A stretch of 64,000 nucleotides of DNA from a virus (taxonomy: Duplodnaviria > Caudoviricetes). How positions within the stretch are numbered: the stretch's first letter is position 1; every line of letters starts with the position of its first letter. Shown piece by piece: positions 10,103-19,023 of the stretch. Under the pieces are notes generated by a model. That model did no database searches. It saw only the letters and a list, made by a program, of their open reading frames with translations, and was not told the origin of the DNA. Location of the stretch: positions 96,001 through 160,000 of IMG/VR virus record IMGVR_UViG_2974673715_000001; one strand, written 5' to 3'. The position numbers and the translations under genes are program-made.

Positions 10103-11189
10103 TGAAATTATCGAAAAGAACAAAAGTGGTGATAGTTCTTTGCACGACTGGTTTTCTAAGAGTAAGTCTTCTGATGGGAAGCCTGGTTGGGTTCAGCTCG
10201 GTGGTAAATACGCAGGTAAACCCTGTGCCAAACAACCTGGACAAACAACCAAACCCAAGTGTGGTTCCAGTAAGATGAAAAGAAACCTAAATAAAAAAGA
10301 GGAAGATGCTGCCTTTCGTCGCAAAAACAAGCAAGATCCTAATCCAAACAGAAAAGGAAAAGCAATCAACGTGAAAACAGAATCTACACAAATACACGAA
10401 GGCGAAAAAGACGCATGTTACCATAAGGTAAAATCTCGCTATTCAGTTTGGCCAAGTGCTTATGCAAGCGGTGCACTTGTCAAATGCCGAAAAGTTGGTG
10501 CAAAAAATTGGGGGAACAAAAGTAAGAAAGAAGAATTTGATATGAAGGTAAAAGGATTCCAAAATTTTCAATCAGAATGTTGGAAGACTCATAAAAAAGT
10601 TGGTATGAAAATGAAGGGTGGTAAGTTGGTAAATGATTGTCGTCCTAAAAATGAAGCAAAGGAATACACAGGACCTGACAAAGCAGACAGAAAACTTATC
10701 AAGAAAATGGATAACCCTAGTTATGCTAAAAAGTTAGCAGACTATGAAAAGAACATGGATCCTAAGAAGCGTCAAGCACTTAAGGATAAAGCGACTAAGG
10801 GTATGAAGTTTACTCATGAAGAAACAACCAACGAAGCAAAGAAATGTTGGCCAGGTTATGAGAAAAAAGGAACCCAAAAACTATTCGGCAAAACGTACAA
10901 CCGCTGTGTAAAAAAGGAAGACTTGGAGTATGTCAGAGAAAAAGCAGCAGCATGGACTAGGAAAGCAGGAAAAAACCAATCAGGCGGACTTAACGAAAAA
11001 GGCAGAAAAAGTTACGAACGCGAAAATCCTGGATCTGACCTTAAAGCACCTAGCAAAAAAGTTGGAAACCCCCGCAGGGCATCCTTCTGCGCTAGAATGA
11101 AAGGAATGAAAAAGAAACTAACATCTAAGAAAACTGCATCAGATCCTGATTCAAGAATTAACAAAAGCTTGCGTGCTTGGAATTGTTGA
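10092..11189 (+). CDS. Lys-rich modular protein with CW..C modules, candidate internal head polyprotein
   Basis: Basic modules separated by Glu-terminated linkers; C-terminal RRASFCARM...SLRAWNC module. Confidence 0.7.
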   Translation: MATNEIIEKNKSGDSSLHDWFSKSKSSDGKPGWVQLGGKYAGKPCAKQPGQTTKPKCGSSKMKRNLNKKEEDAAFRRKNKQDPNPNRKGKAINVKTESTQIHEGEKDACYHKVKSRYSVWPSAYASGALVKCRKVGAKNWGNKSKKEEFDMKVKGFQNFQSECWKTHKKVGMKMKGGKLVNDCRPKNEAKEYTGPDKADRKLIKKMDNPSYAKKLADYEKNMDPKKRQALKDKATKGMKFTHEETTNEAKKCWPGYEKKGTQKLFGKTYNRCVKKEDLEYVREKAAAWTRKAGKNQSGGLNEKGRKSYERENPGSDLKAPSKKVGNPRRASFCARMKGMKKKLTSKKTASDPDSRINKSLRAWNC

Positions 11190-11220
11190 TATATAATAGA
11201 CTGTAGTCTGTATAATTAAA

Positions 11221-11445
11221 ATGAAAATCTGTCCGAAGTGTAGTGCTACATGGATCGGGGAACAGTTATATTGGTCTACAGGAAAAGAGGGTTGCCCTCA
11301 TGATCTTGCAGGACTAGTATGTAATAATCATGGAGATGAGACTTGTATTAATCCATGTAAAGGATCCACTAGTGGTCAAACATGGGAATATCGTCGTGGA
11401 ATGATTGATGGTTTGACGGAGGGGTATGGTAAAGATAGTTCGTAA
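11221..11445 (+). CDS. Cys-rich hypothetical protein
   Basis: CPKC...DLAGLVCN...CINP motifs; clean ORF. Confidence 0.7.
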   Translation: MKICPKCSATWIGEQLYWSTGKEGCPHDLAGLVCNNHGDETCINPCKGSTSGQTWEYRRGMIDGLTEGYGKDSS

Positions 11446-11941
11446 TGTATGTCATCAATCTGTATTAGATTTTATATTTGAAACAGCAGCAAGAAGAGAA
11501 GCGTGGCATTGGAAGTTCCCTATGGGAGCAGCGTTCGATAAGAAGCATGCAAAATTAGACATTGTAGAAGATGGTAAGATCAAAGATGCTTTCCTAGCAG
11601 GTCTTGCATCTTCTGTTTTGTTGCAAGTATGGGAAGCAAGTAATAGAGAACTATTCATACCTGAGATATTTTATGCGGGTGTGGCAATAAAAGATAAACA
11701 TAGAAAAGATAACGTACATGTAGATGATGCTAACAGAAATGATACCATTAAAATTATGGGTATCTTGAATAGTGACTGGGATCCGAACACGATGGGTGGT
11801 GGATTTATGCATGGTGGTGTCATACATAAATTGAACCCTACCGACTTTTGTATTTTTGATCCAAGGACTCCTCATGCAGCAGAGGATATAATCTGTGATC
11901 ACAAAAGATTTGCCATGGATTTCTCTGTTAAGAAAACGTAA
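11426..11941 (+). CDS. 2OG-Fe(II) oxygenase-like protein
   Basis: HVD...WDPNTMGGGF...FDPRTPH...R: HxD..H triad plus distal Arg. Confidence 0.75.
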   Translation: MVKIVRNVCHQSVLDFIFETAARREAWHWKFPMGAAFDKKHAKLDIVEDGKIKDAFLAGLASSVLLQVWEASNRELFIPEIFYAGVAIKDKHRKDNVHVDDANRNDTIKIMGILNSDWDPNTMGGGFMHGGVIHKLNPTDFCIFDPRTPHAAEDIICDHKRFAMDFSVKKT

Positions 11942-12001
11942 CAAGCATGCAACTTTAAAATCTATCAACTATAATATAGTGTAGACTTTAAAAGGAGAAC
12001 G

Positions 12002-12169
12002 ATGTTTTTTGCATCACACCCGTCTGTTTATACTTTACCTGGCACATGGGAACCCCAACCAGATGTATTGTATAACCCGACACTTCTTATTTCTCTTGGA
12101 TCAACAGCATTTGCTATTGGTGCGATTGTATCCATTTTAGCGGTTAGGAGAAAGAGAAAACGCATCTAA
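12002..12169 (+). CDS. Small membrane protein (55 aa; not in the ORF track)
   Basis: Strong SD AAGGAG. Sequence MFFASHPSVYTLPGTWEPQP...LLISLGSTAFAIGAIVSILAVRRKRKRI: one TM helix plus a basic tail. Confidence 0.75.
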   Translation: MFFASHPSVYTLPGTWEPQPDVLYNPTLLISLGSTAFAIGAIVSILAVRRKRKRI

Positions 12170-12172
12170 TAA

Positions 12173-12676
12173 ATGACAGACCTAAACACAATTATATTAA
12201 ACACAACCGTTGCCATTATTGATTTTTTGTATAAAGATAGAGACTTCCAAAGATTTTGGGTGCTTGAGGAGATAGCTCGAGCACCCTATTTTGCTTTTTT
12301 GAGTGTCTTACATTTCAGAGAATCAATGGGGTTACGAGGACCAGAACACATTTATCTAATGGAGGAGCATTTTGGTCAAACACTTAACGAAACAGAACAT
12401 CTTGAATATATGGAAAGTCGGGGTGGTAACGCTTATTGGATTGATCGTGCTTTCGCCAAACACCTCGTCCTTATCTACTATTGGATCATGGTGGTTTATT
12501 ATGGGTTATTTCCTGTATCTGCTTACGACCTAAATGAAAAAGTAGAGTGGCATGCTGCACATACATATGAAGAATACCTAACACGTTTTCCAGATGACGA
12601 GGACATAACTCGAATCAAAGATGATGAAATTAAACATGCAAATGAATTATCCAAAGCAATGGAGTTAATTAAATGA
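12173..12676 (+). CDS. ptox: Plastoquinol terminal oxidase (alternative oxidase family)
   Basis: RFWVLEEIARAPYFAFLSVLH, NETEHL, VEWHAAHTY and DEIKH di-iron motifs. Confidence 0.95.
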   Translation: MTDLNTIILNTTVAIIDFLYKDRDFQRFWVLEEIARAPYFAFLSVLHFRESMGLRGPEHIYLMEEHFGQTLNETEHLEYMESRGGNAYWIDRAFAKHLVLIYYWIMVVYYGLFPVSAYDLNEKVEWHAAHTYEEYLTRFPDDEDITRIKDDEIKHANELSKAMELIK

Positions 12677-12813
12677 GAACCCTAACCAAAAACGAGTATA
12701 AATTAGTATTAGATGCTCTTTGGAAACGTCAGCGATGCTTTATTGCAGGTGATAGAATGTTCAAAGAATACGAGAAACTTATTGAGGAGTTTGAAAATGC
12801 CAGTCTATCGTGA
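12673..12813 (+). CDS. Small hypothetical protein (46 aa)
   Basis: ATGA overlap with the ptox stop; MRTLTKNEYKLVLDALWKRQRCFIAGD... Confidence 0.6.
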   Translation: MRTLTKNEYKLVLDALWKRQRCFIAGDRMFKEYEKLIEEFENASLS

Positions 12814-13060
12814 CTACGAGATTAGACTTAATCTCAATGAATTAATTGAACACAGGATTCCAACCTGTGACTTGCTGCATCCAGACCACTGCTTATCTGA
12901 AGCACAAGTGGCACAGATAGCACATGATATTAATATGGATTTAGACTTGCACCCAATCTATCATCAGATTGATGATCATATCATGAGATATGTAAAGGCA
13001 GCAGGTATTGATAACTCAGATCACTGGGTTGAGAAAAAACTAAATGATTTAGATTTATGA
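12797..13060 (+). CDS. Hypothetical protein
   Basis: ATG at 12797 preceded by GAGGAG; MPVYRDYEIRLNLNELIE... Confidence 0.65.
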   Translation: MPVYRDYEIRLNLNELIEHRIPTCDLLHPDHCLSEAQVAQIAHDINMDLDLHPIYHQIDDHIMRYVKAAGIDNSDHWVEKKLNDLDL

Positions 13061-13293
13061 AAGGAATGAAAACTACAGAATCTTCTGAACAACTGATTCA
13101 ACGTTTTACCAAACGTACGATGCAGTTGACAGCAAGGAAACAAGAACTTCAATCTGCATATGATGAGTATGTAAAATTAGAAAGAGATCTGACTAGACTT
13201 GAAGGTTCTATGCAAGCAATTGAATATGTTGCTTTCGGCAAATTACCAGGAGATGGTAACCATACTGGTATGAAAGATCACTCTCCCAACTAA
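13057..13293 (+). CDS. Coiled-coil hypothetical protein
   Basis: ATGA-coupled ORF with a heptad-like pattern. Confidence 0.65.
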   Translation: MKGMKTTESSEQLIQRFTKRTMQLTARKQELQSAYDEYVKLERDLTRLEGSMQAIEYVAFGKLPGDGNHTGMKDHSPN

Positions 13294-13294
13294 A

Positions 13295-13367
13295 TAAGGG
13301 TGGCGAGGATCGAACTCGCCTTAGCCGAATTATGAGTTCGGTGCATTCACCAGATTGCTACACCCTC
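13295..13367 (-). tRNA. tRNA with CAT anticodon, probably tRNA-Ile2 (lysidine-modified); elongator Met is the alternative
   Basis: Reverse complement: GAGGGTG TAGCAATCTGGTGAATGCA CCGAA CTCATAA TTCGG CTAAG GCGAG TTCGATC CTCGC CACCCTT A. It folds into a full cloverleaf with no encoded CCA. The AACTCATAATT anticodon arm is typical of cyanobacterial/plastid trnI-CAU. Confidence 0.9.
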
Positions 13368-13385
13368 AATGGAGTTGAAACTATC

Positions 13386-13544
13386 ATGTCCCATTATACT
13401 GTAGGTTATCACGATAAGCAAAATCAACATTATGAAATATGTGAGTATGCTGAAGATGCTTATCATGCTATCAAACAAGCAAGCGAAGATTTAGAAGGAT
13501 TTAATAATCCACACGCAGCAGAATATTGTATCAAAGAAAATTAA
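13386..13544 (+). CDS. Small hypothetical protein (52 aa)
   Basis: ATG at 13386 with GGAG upstream; MSHYTVGYHD...EICEYAED. Confidence 0.7.
   Translation: MSHYTVGYHDKQNQHYEICEYAEDAYHAIKQASEDLEGFNNPHAAEYCIKEN
13393..13421 (-). promoter_or_regulatory. Sigma70-type promoter for the tRNA
   Basis: Minus strand TTGCTT (13421-13416)-17 nt-TATAAT (13398-13393), about 25 nt upstream of the tRNA 5' end. Confidence 0.6.
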
Positions 13545-13685
13545 ATGGTTGTCTGGGGTGTCATATGGATGGTCTTTATACTCGTTGTAATCGTCTCTTG
13601 GTATATCTACTATATACTTAGAATGGCATACAAGGAGATGGACGATGGCAGCGATGCAACCACCGAGCAGGAAAAGCTGCTATAA
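13545..13685 (+). CDS. Small membrane protein (46 aa; not in the ORF track)
   Basis: ATG abuts the previous stop; MVVWGVIWMVFILVVIVSWYIYYILRMAYKEMDDG... Confidence 0.6.
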   Translation: MVVWGVIWMVFILVVIVSWYIYYILRMAYKEMDDGSDATTEQEKLL

Positions 13686-14103
13686 CTTTAGAGTAACGGA
13701 GATTAATCGTGTTGTTGACGGGGATACTATTGATGTCACCATTGATTTGGGGTTTGATCTATACAAGAAAGAAAGAGTTAGAATTGCAGGAGTTGATACG
13801 CCAGAGAAAAGAACAAGAGATCTGGAAGAGAAGGCATTGGGAATAGATGCTACAAACTGGATGAAAAAAAATTTGGAAGATGCTATTAATGGAGATGATG
13901 AACTCACTATACGAACTGAACTTAAAGGTGGGGTTGGTAAGTATGGTAGGTTGCTTGGTTGGTTATACGTTGGCGATGATGATGTATCACTCAACGAAAA
14001 AATGATTGTGCAAGGATATGCATGGTCGTACGACGGTGGAACAAAACAAAAAAACTTCGATGAACTCCGTGAAATTAGACGTAGCTTCGGAACTTTGCTC
14101 TAG
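13645..14103 (+). CDS. Thermonuclease (SNase-like) endonuclease
   Basis: RVVDGDTIDV, RVRIAGVDTPE and GKYGRLLG motifs. Confidence 0.9.
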   Translation: MAAMQPPSRKSCYNFRVTEINRVVDGDTIDVTIDLGFDLYKKERVRIAGVDTPEKRTRDLEEKALGIDATNWMKKNLEDAINGDDELTIRTELKGGVGKYGRLLGWLYVGDDDVSLNEKMIVQGYAWSYDGGTKQKNFDELREIRRSFGTLL

Positions 14104-14746
14104 TCTAGCATCGCTGATTAGAACTAAGATTTCAAGGTTACCACATTTAGAAGAACTTGTTTCAGATTATGATGAGGTGCATACAGGTGATGTATCCATT
14201 TATAATTGCATGTGGAATTCTAAGGGTTTAAGAAAGTTACATATAGAAAGAGCAATTACAAATAAAGGGATTGAGATACTACACTGTGTATTATTTCCAG
14301 ATCCAGAGTTTCCTATTCCTATCTTTGGATGTGATATCGTAGAGGCAGGTGGTAAAGTTACTGCTGCTATAGTTGATGTGTCACCAGTGCATAAGGTAGA
14401 TTATAGTTTAGGTAATATAACATATAATTTTAAAAAGAATAGGCATCTACCAGAGTGGGGTGAGATATTTTCACCATGGTGTAAGTTTGTAAGATTAGAA
14501 AAGGATGAGTATGATGACTTTTTATTATTGTGTAGTGAATACTTAGAGGTATTCTGTCACATAGTAAGAACAGCAGAAAGAGAAACAGACTGGAGAAATA
14601 CTATGAGGAGATATGACGATCAGTTATGGTATTGCACATCGCAGATGAAGAACAAGAAAACTGAGGCGGTGCTATCCCAATGGTTCGATAATCCGTGGGC
14701 ATCTAAATATATACAGAACATACTATTTGACAAACCCAAACTATGA
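14060..14746 (+). CDS. pcyA: Phycocyanobilin:ferredoxin oxidoreductase
   Basis: LRKLHIE, ILHCVLFPDPEFPIPIFGCDIV, AAIVDVSP, LPEWGEIFS and QMKNKKT motifs. The start codon is uncertain. Confidence 0.88.
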   Translation: MNSVKLDVASELCSSLASLIRTKISRLPHLEELVSDYDEVHTGDVSIYNCMWNSKGLRKLHIERAITNKGIEILHCVLFPDPEFPIPIFGCDIVEAGGKVTAAIVDVSPVHKVDYSLGNITYNFKKNRHLPEWGEIFSPWCKFVRLEKDEYDDFLLLCSEYLEVFCHIVRTAERETDWRNTMRRYDDQLWYCTSQMKNKKTEAVLSQWFDNPWASKYIQNILFDKPKL

Positions 14747-14973
14747 GAAGAGAAATGTTGGAAGCTCTCAAGGCACTTGCCATTGGCAACATCAAGAAAG
14801 CAAAGATGAACGTTGAGGTTTACCTTAAGAATCCTGTTGGAATTGGTGAACACCCAGATGTTCTTGGTGCTATTCAAGAACAAATTGATTTGATTGCGAA
14901 AGAAGAGGAACGTTTGGAAGTAATCGAAAAGTATTTTGAAGTAGGAATGGATCTTTATGGTGGATCTGAATGA
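14743..14973 (+). CDS. Hypothetical protein
   Basis: NPVGIGEHPD motif; ATGA-coupled on both sides. Confidence 0.75.
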   Translation: MRREMLEALKALAIGNIKKAKMNVEVYLKNPVGIGEHPDVLGAIQEQIDLIAKEEERLEVIEKYFEVGMDLYGGSE

Positions 14974-16613
14974 GTGATCAGTATCTCGGCAACCCAAATC
15001 TAAAAAAAGTTAACACATCAATTGACTTCAAACCAGAAGAAGTTGCTGAGGTATTGAAGTGTCAAGATGATCCCATATATTTTATCAAAAATTATATCAA
15101 GATCGTTTCTCTAGATGAGGGTCTAGTTCCATTTAACATGTATCATTTCCAAGAGGAAATGGTATCTAAGTTTCATGATCATAGATTCAATATCGCTAAA
15201 CTACCACGACAGAGTGGTAAGTCTACCATTGTTACTGCATACTTACTTTGGTATGTGTTATTCAATCCAAATGTCAACGTAGCAATCCTTGCAAACAAAG
15301 CAGCAACTGCTAGGGAGATGCTTCAAAGATTACAATTAAGTTATGAAAACCTCCCAAACTGGATGCAACAAGGAATCCTCCAATGGAACAGAGGTTCTCT
15401 GGAACTTGAAAACGGCAGTAAAATCATGGCTGCTTCTACTTCCGCTTCTGCTGTCAGGGGTATGTCATTTAACGTTATATTTCTGGATGAATTCGCGTTC
15501 ATTCCGAATCATATCGCTGATCAGTTTTTTAGTTCTGTTTATCCAACTATTTCCTCAGGTAAGTCTACGAAAGTTATTATCATATCTACTCCTCACGGAA
15601 TGAATATGTTCTACAAACTCTGGCATGATGCAGAGCGTGGAACGAATGAATATGTGCCTACGGAAGTTCACTGGTCGGAAGTGCCAGGTAGAGATGATGT
15701 ATGGAAAGAGCAAACTATTAAGAACACATCAGAATCTCAGTTTCGTGTTGAGTTTGAGTGTGAGTTCTTAGGATCTGTTGATACATTGATTGCTCCTAGT
15801 AAGTTGAGAATCATGCCATATCATGATCCAATTACATCTAATCGTGGACTTGCAGTATATGAACAAGTAATTCCAGAACATAATTATATTATCACTGTTG
15901 ACGTATCGAGAGGTGTTGGTAATGATTACTCAGCATTTTGTGTAATAGATACCACAACTATTCCTTATAAGATGGTTGCCAGATATAAGAACAATGAAAT
16001 TAAACCTATCGTTCTACCAAATATTATCGTAGACATAGCAAAGAATTATAATAACGCATACATCTTATGTGAAGTAAATGATATTGGTGGACAGGTAGCA
16101 GATATTATTCAGTTTGATTTGGAGTATGAGAATTTGTTGATGGCTGCAATGAGAGGTCGTGCAGGTCAACAACTAGGTCAAGGTTTTTCTGGTAAGAAAA
16201 CACAACTTGGTGTTAAGATGTCTACAGCAACAAAACAAGTTGGATGTTCTAATCTCAAAGCATTAATTGAAGAAGATAAATTGCTTATAAATGATTATGA
16301 CACGATTGCGGAATTAACAACGTTCATTGCGAAAGGTCAAACATTCCAAGCGGAAGAAGGTTGTAATGACGACCTTGCTATGTGTTTAGTAATTTTTGGT
16401 TGGATGGCAATGCAACCATACTTTAAAGAGATGCACGATAATGACGTACGTCAACGCATCTATGAACAACAGAAAGATATGATTGAACAAGACATGGCAC
16501 CATTTGGTTTTGTAACTGACGGAATGGAAGATGATTATTTTGCAGACGCACAGGGCGATGTGTGGAAAGTCGCGGAATACGGGGATAAATCCTACATGTG
16601 GGAGTTTAGGTAA
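14970..16613 (+). CDS. g17: Terminase large subunit gp17
   Basis: YLGNPNLK, RQSGKST Walker A, FLDEFAF and nuclease DDL motifs. Confidence 0.97.
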   Translation: MSDQYLGNPNLKKVNTSIDFKPEEVAEVLKCQDDPIYFIKNYIKIVSLDEGLVPFNMYHFQEEMVSKFHDHRFNIAKLPRQSGKSTIVTAYLLWYVLFNPNVNVAILANKAATAREMLQRLQLSYENLPNWMQQGILQWNRGSLELENGSKIMAASTSASAVRGMSFNVIFLDEFAFIPNHIADQFFSSVYPTISSGKSTKVIIISTPHGMNMFYKLWHDAERGTNEYVPTEVHWSEVPGRDDVWKEQTIKNTSESQFRVEFECEFLGSVDTLIAPSKLRIMPYHDPITSNRGLAVYEQVIPEHNYIITVDVSRGVGNDYSAFCVIDTTTIPYKMVARYKNNEIKPIVLPNIIVDIAKNYNNAYILCEVNDIGGQVADIIQFDLEYENLLMAAMRGRAGQQLGQGFSGKKTQLGVKMSTATKQVGCSNLKALIEEDKLLINDYDTIAELTTFIAKGQTFQAEEGCNDDLAMCLVIFGWMAMQPYFKEMHDNDVRQRIYEQQKDMIEQDMAPFGFVTDGMEDDYFADAQGDVWKVAEYGDKSYMWEFR

Positions 16614-16624
16614 GGTTTCAAAAA

Positions 16625-16632
16625 TATAAATA
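16625..16632 (+). promoter_or_regulatory. T4-type late promoter TATAAATA
   Basis: Exact consensus upstream of g18. Further exact copies at 21254, 22263 and 60613; TAAATA variants at 7541, 13291, 18994, 19614, 25372, 46365, 55042 and 58372. Confidence 0.85.
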
Positions 16633-16677
16633 ATCCTAGACATCTGATGTTGGAATCACCCTAGGAGAAAATTAACC

Positions 16678-18930
16678 ATGGCAGCCAATCAATTATCGCC
16701 AGGTGTAGTGGTACAGGAGAGAGACCTTACTACTATTACCACATTATCGACCGCTAACGTTGGTGTGCTCGCTGCACCTTTTGAGCTCGGTCCTGTTGAA
16801 GAAATCGTCGAAATCTCCAGTGAAAGGGATCTTGCAGAGCAATTTGGAAAACCGAATGAGTATAACTACGAGTATTGGTATACTGCAGCACAATTTCTTT
16901 CCTATGGCGGACTACTAAAAACAGTTCGTGTTGACTCGACATCTCTCAAAAACGCAGTTAGTAATGGTACTGCAGTTAAAGTCAAGAATTTAAGTGAGTA
17001 TGAAACCACTTACGAAGGTGCTACTAACACATGGAAGTGGGCAGCAAGAACTTCTGGAACTAAAGGAAACTCTATCGGTGTATTTGTAACTGACGCAGGT
17101 GCAGATCAAATCGCTGTTGTTCCTGCTCCTGGTTCAGGTAACGATCATGAATTCGTTGCTGATGAAGCACTCTCCGCAACTTCTGGTGCTGCAGGTAAAG
17201 TATTCAAATACAGCATCGTATTAACAGTCACAACTGTTGTTGGCGACTTCGTTCCTGGCACTACTACAACTGTTTCAATCTCTGGTTCTAACCAGACAGT
17301 TACCGTTCTTGCTTGGGATCCTACTAACAAGAAACTTGAAATCGGTCTTCCTTCTGGTGGTATCACTGGTATCCTTGCTGATGGTCAGACTGTAACTCAA
17401 GGATCTAATACTTGTGTGATTGCATCATCTGGTATTGAAAGAAGAGTATATATTGGATTAAACAAAGGTAGTATTGAATTCGCTGCTGCTGATAGTATCG
17501 CTGATACTAACTCAACTGCTGTTTCAATCAGTTCTGTTCGTTCTGAGTATGCAGAGCGTGAGTATCTACCTGGTGCAAAATGGATTAACGTTGCTGCTCG
17601 TCCTTCTACTTCACTCTTTGCAAATAATGCAGGTGGATTTAGAGATGAACTTCACGTTCTAGTTATTGATATTGATGGTGGTATCACTGGAACAACTGGT
17701 GCTGTTCTTGAGCGTTTTATTGGTCTTTCAAAAGCATCTGACGCTAAGACATCTGTTGGTGAAGCAAACTACTACAAAGAAGTAATCAAGCAAAAGTCTG
17801 AGTATATCTACTGGGGTTTACATGAAACAGGAGTATTCAATGCAACTGCTTCTGCTGCTGCAGGAAACTGGGGTTTAGCTGCTGCTTCTAGACAGTTTAA
17901 CTTACTACGTTCTGCAGATGGTTCTACTGGTTATCCTGAGGGACGCACAACTGTAGGTTCTAAGAACAATGCAACATACTACTACAGATTAACTGGTGGT
18001 GTTGACTACGGTATTTCTGGTGGACTTTACAGTGTAACAAACACATCTCTTGCAACTGCATATGGTCTTGCAGAAGATCCTGAGTCACAAACAATTGACT
18101 TCATTCTTACTGGTCCTTCTGGTGCAGATGATGCTTCTGCAATCGCTAAAGTAACTTCTCTAGTTAACATTGCTGAAGAAAGAAGAGATTGCTTAGTATT
18201 CGTTTCACCTCGTAGAGGAAACGTAATTGGAGTTACTAACTCTACTACTGCAACTGATAATATCGTTAACTTCTTCGATCTATTACCAAGTTCTTCTTAC
18301 ATGGTATTTGATTCTGGATACAAGTATATCTACGATAAGTATAACGATGTATACAGATACGTTCCAACCAACGGTGACATCGCAGGTTTGTGTTTACAGA
18401 CAACTGAGGTTGCAGAACCATGGTTCTCACCTGCAGGTTTCCAACGTGGTGTTCTAAGAAATGCTATCAAACTAGCATACACACCAACTAAGACACAAAG
18501 AGATCGCTTGTATGCAAACAGAATCAACCCTGTCGTATCATTTCCTGGTCAAGGCGTCGTCCTCTTTGGTGACAAGACTGCACTCGGATTTGCATCCGCG
18601 TTTGATAGAATCAACGTACGTCGTCTATTCCTCACCATCGAACGTGTTATCTCAGGTGCTGCTAAGGCACAACTCTTTGAGCAAAACGATGAAGCACAGA
18701 GATCACTCTTCTTGAATATCATCGAACCTTATCTAAGAGATGTTCAAGGTCGTCGTGGTGTAACTGACTTCTTAGTCAAGTGTGATTCATCTAACAACCC
18801 ACCAGAGGCAGTTGATCGTGGAGAGTTCTACGCGGAGATTTTCGTGAAACCAACACGCACAATCAACTACATCACCTTGACATTTGTAGCAACTAGAACT
18901 GGAGTTGCCTTCAGCGAAGTAGCAAATTAA
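16678..18930 (+). CDS. g18: Tail sheath protein gp18
   Basis: LSPGVVVQERDLT, PWFSPAG and FDRINVRRLF motifs. Confidence 0.97.
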   Translation: MAANQLSPGVVVQERDLTTITTLSTANVGVLAAPFELGPVEEIVEISSERDLAEQFGKPNEYNYEYWYTAAQFLSYGGLLKTVRVDSTSLKNAVSNGTAVKVKNLSEYETTYEGATNTWKWAARTSGTKGNSIGVFVTDAGADQIAVVPAPGSGNDHEFVADEALSATSGAAGKVFKYSIVLTVTTVVGDFVPGTTTTVSISGSNQTVTVLAWDPTNKKLEIGLPSGGITGILADGQTVTQGSNTCVIASSGIERRVYIGLNKGSIEFAAADSIADTNSTAVSISSVRSEYAEREYLPGAKWINVAARPSTSLFANNAGGFRDELHVLVIDIDGGITGTTGAVLERFIGLSKASDAKTSVGEANYYKEVIKQKSEYIYWGLHETGVFNATASAAAGNWGLAAASRQFNLLRSADGSTGYPEGRTTVGSKNNATYYYRLTGGVDYGISGGLYSVTNTSLATAYGLAEDPESQTIDFILTGPSGADDASAIAKVTSLVNIAEERRDCLVFVSPRRGNVIGVTNSTTATDNIVNFFDLLPSSSYMVFDSGYKYIYDKYNDVYRYVPTNGDIAGLCLQTTEVAEPWFSPAGFQRGVLRNAIKLAYTPTKTQRDRLYANRINPVVSFPGQGVVLFGDKTALGFASAFDRINVRRLFLTIERVISGAAKAQLFEQNDEAQRSLFLNIIEPYLRDVQGRRGVTDFLVKCDSSNNPPEAVDRGEFYAEIFVKPTRTINYITLTFVATRTGVAFSEVAN

Positions 18931-18945
18931 ATTAAATACACACTT

Positions 18946-18986
18946 TTTTCAGAGGGTTTCCGCATCGGTACCCTCTGAAAATTTTT
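18946..18986. terminator. Intrinsic terminator-like hairpin after g18
   Basis: TTTTCAGAGGG...CCCTCTGAAAA 11-bp stem followed by a T-tract. Confidence 0.7.
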
Positions 18987-19023
18987 ATTAGTCTAAATAT
19001 AACTGACGGAGACACCTAAAAAA

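Noticed and set aside
12713-12796. Longer start for the ORF ending at 13060
   Set aside because: The region is better explained by the coupled 12673-12813 ORF; the SD lies before 12797.
13295-13367. Initiator tRNA-fMet
   Set aside because: It lacks the three consecutive G-C pairs in the anticodon stem and the C1:A72 mismatch.
13332-13385. N-terminal extension of the ORF ending at 13544
   Set aside because: It overlaps the tRNA on the opposite strand; the ATG at 13386 has an SD.
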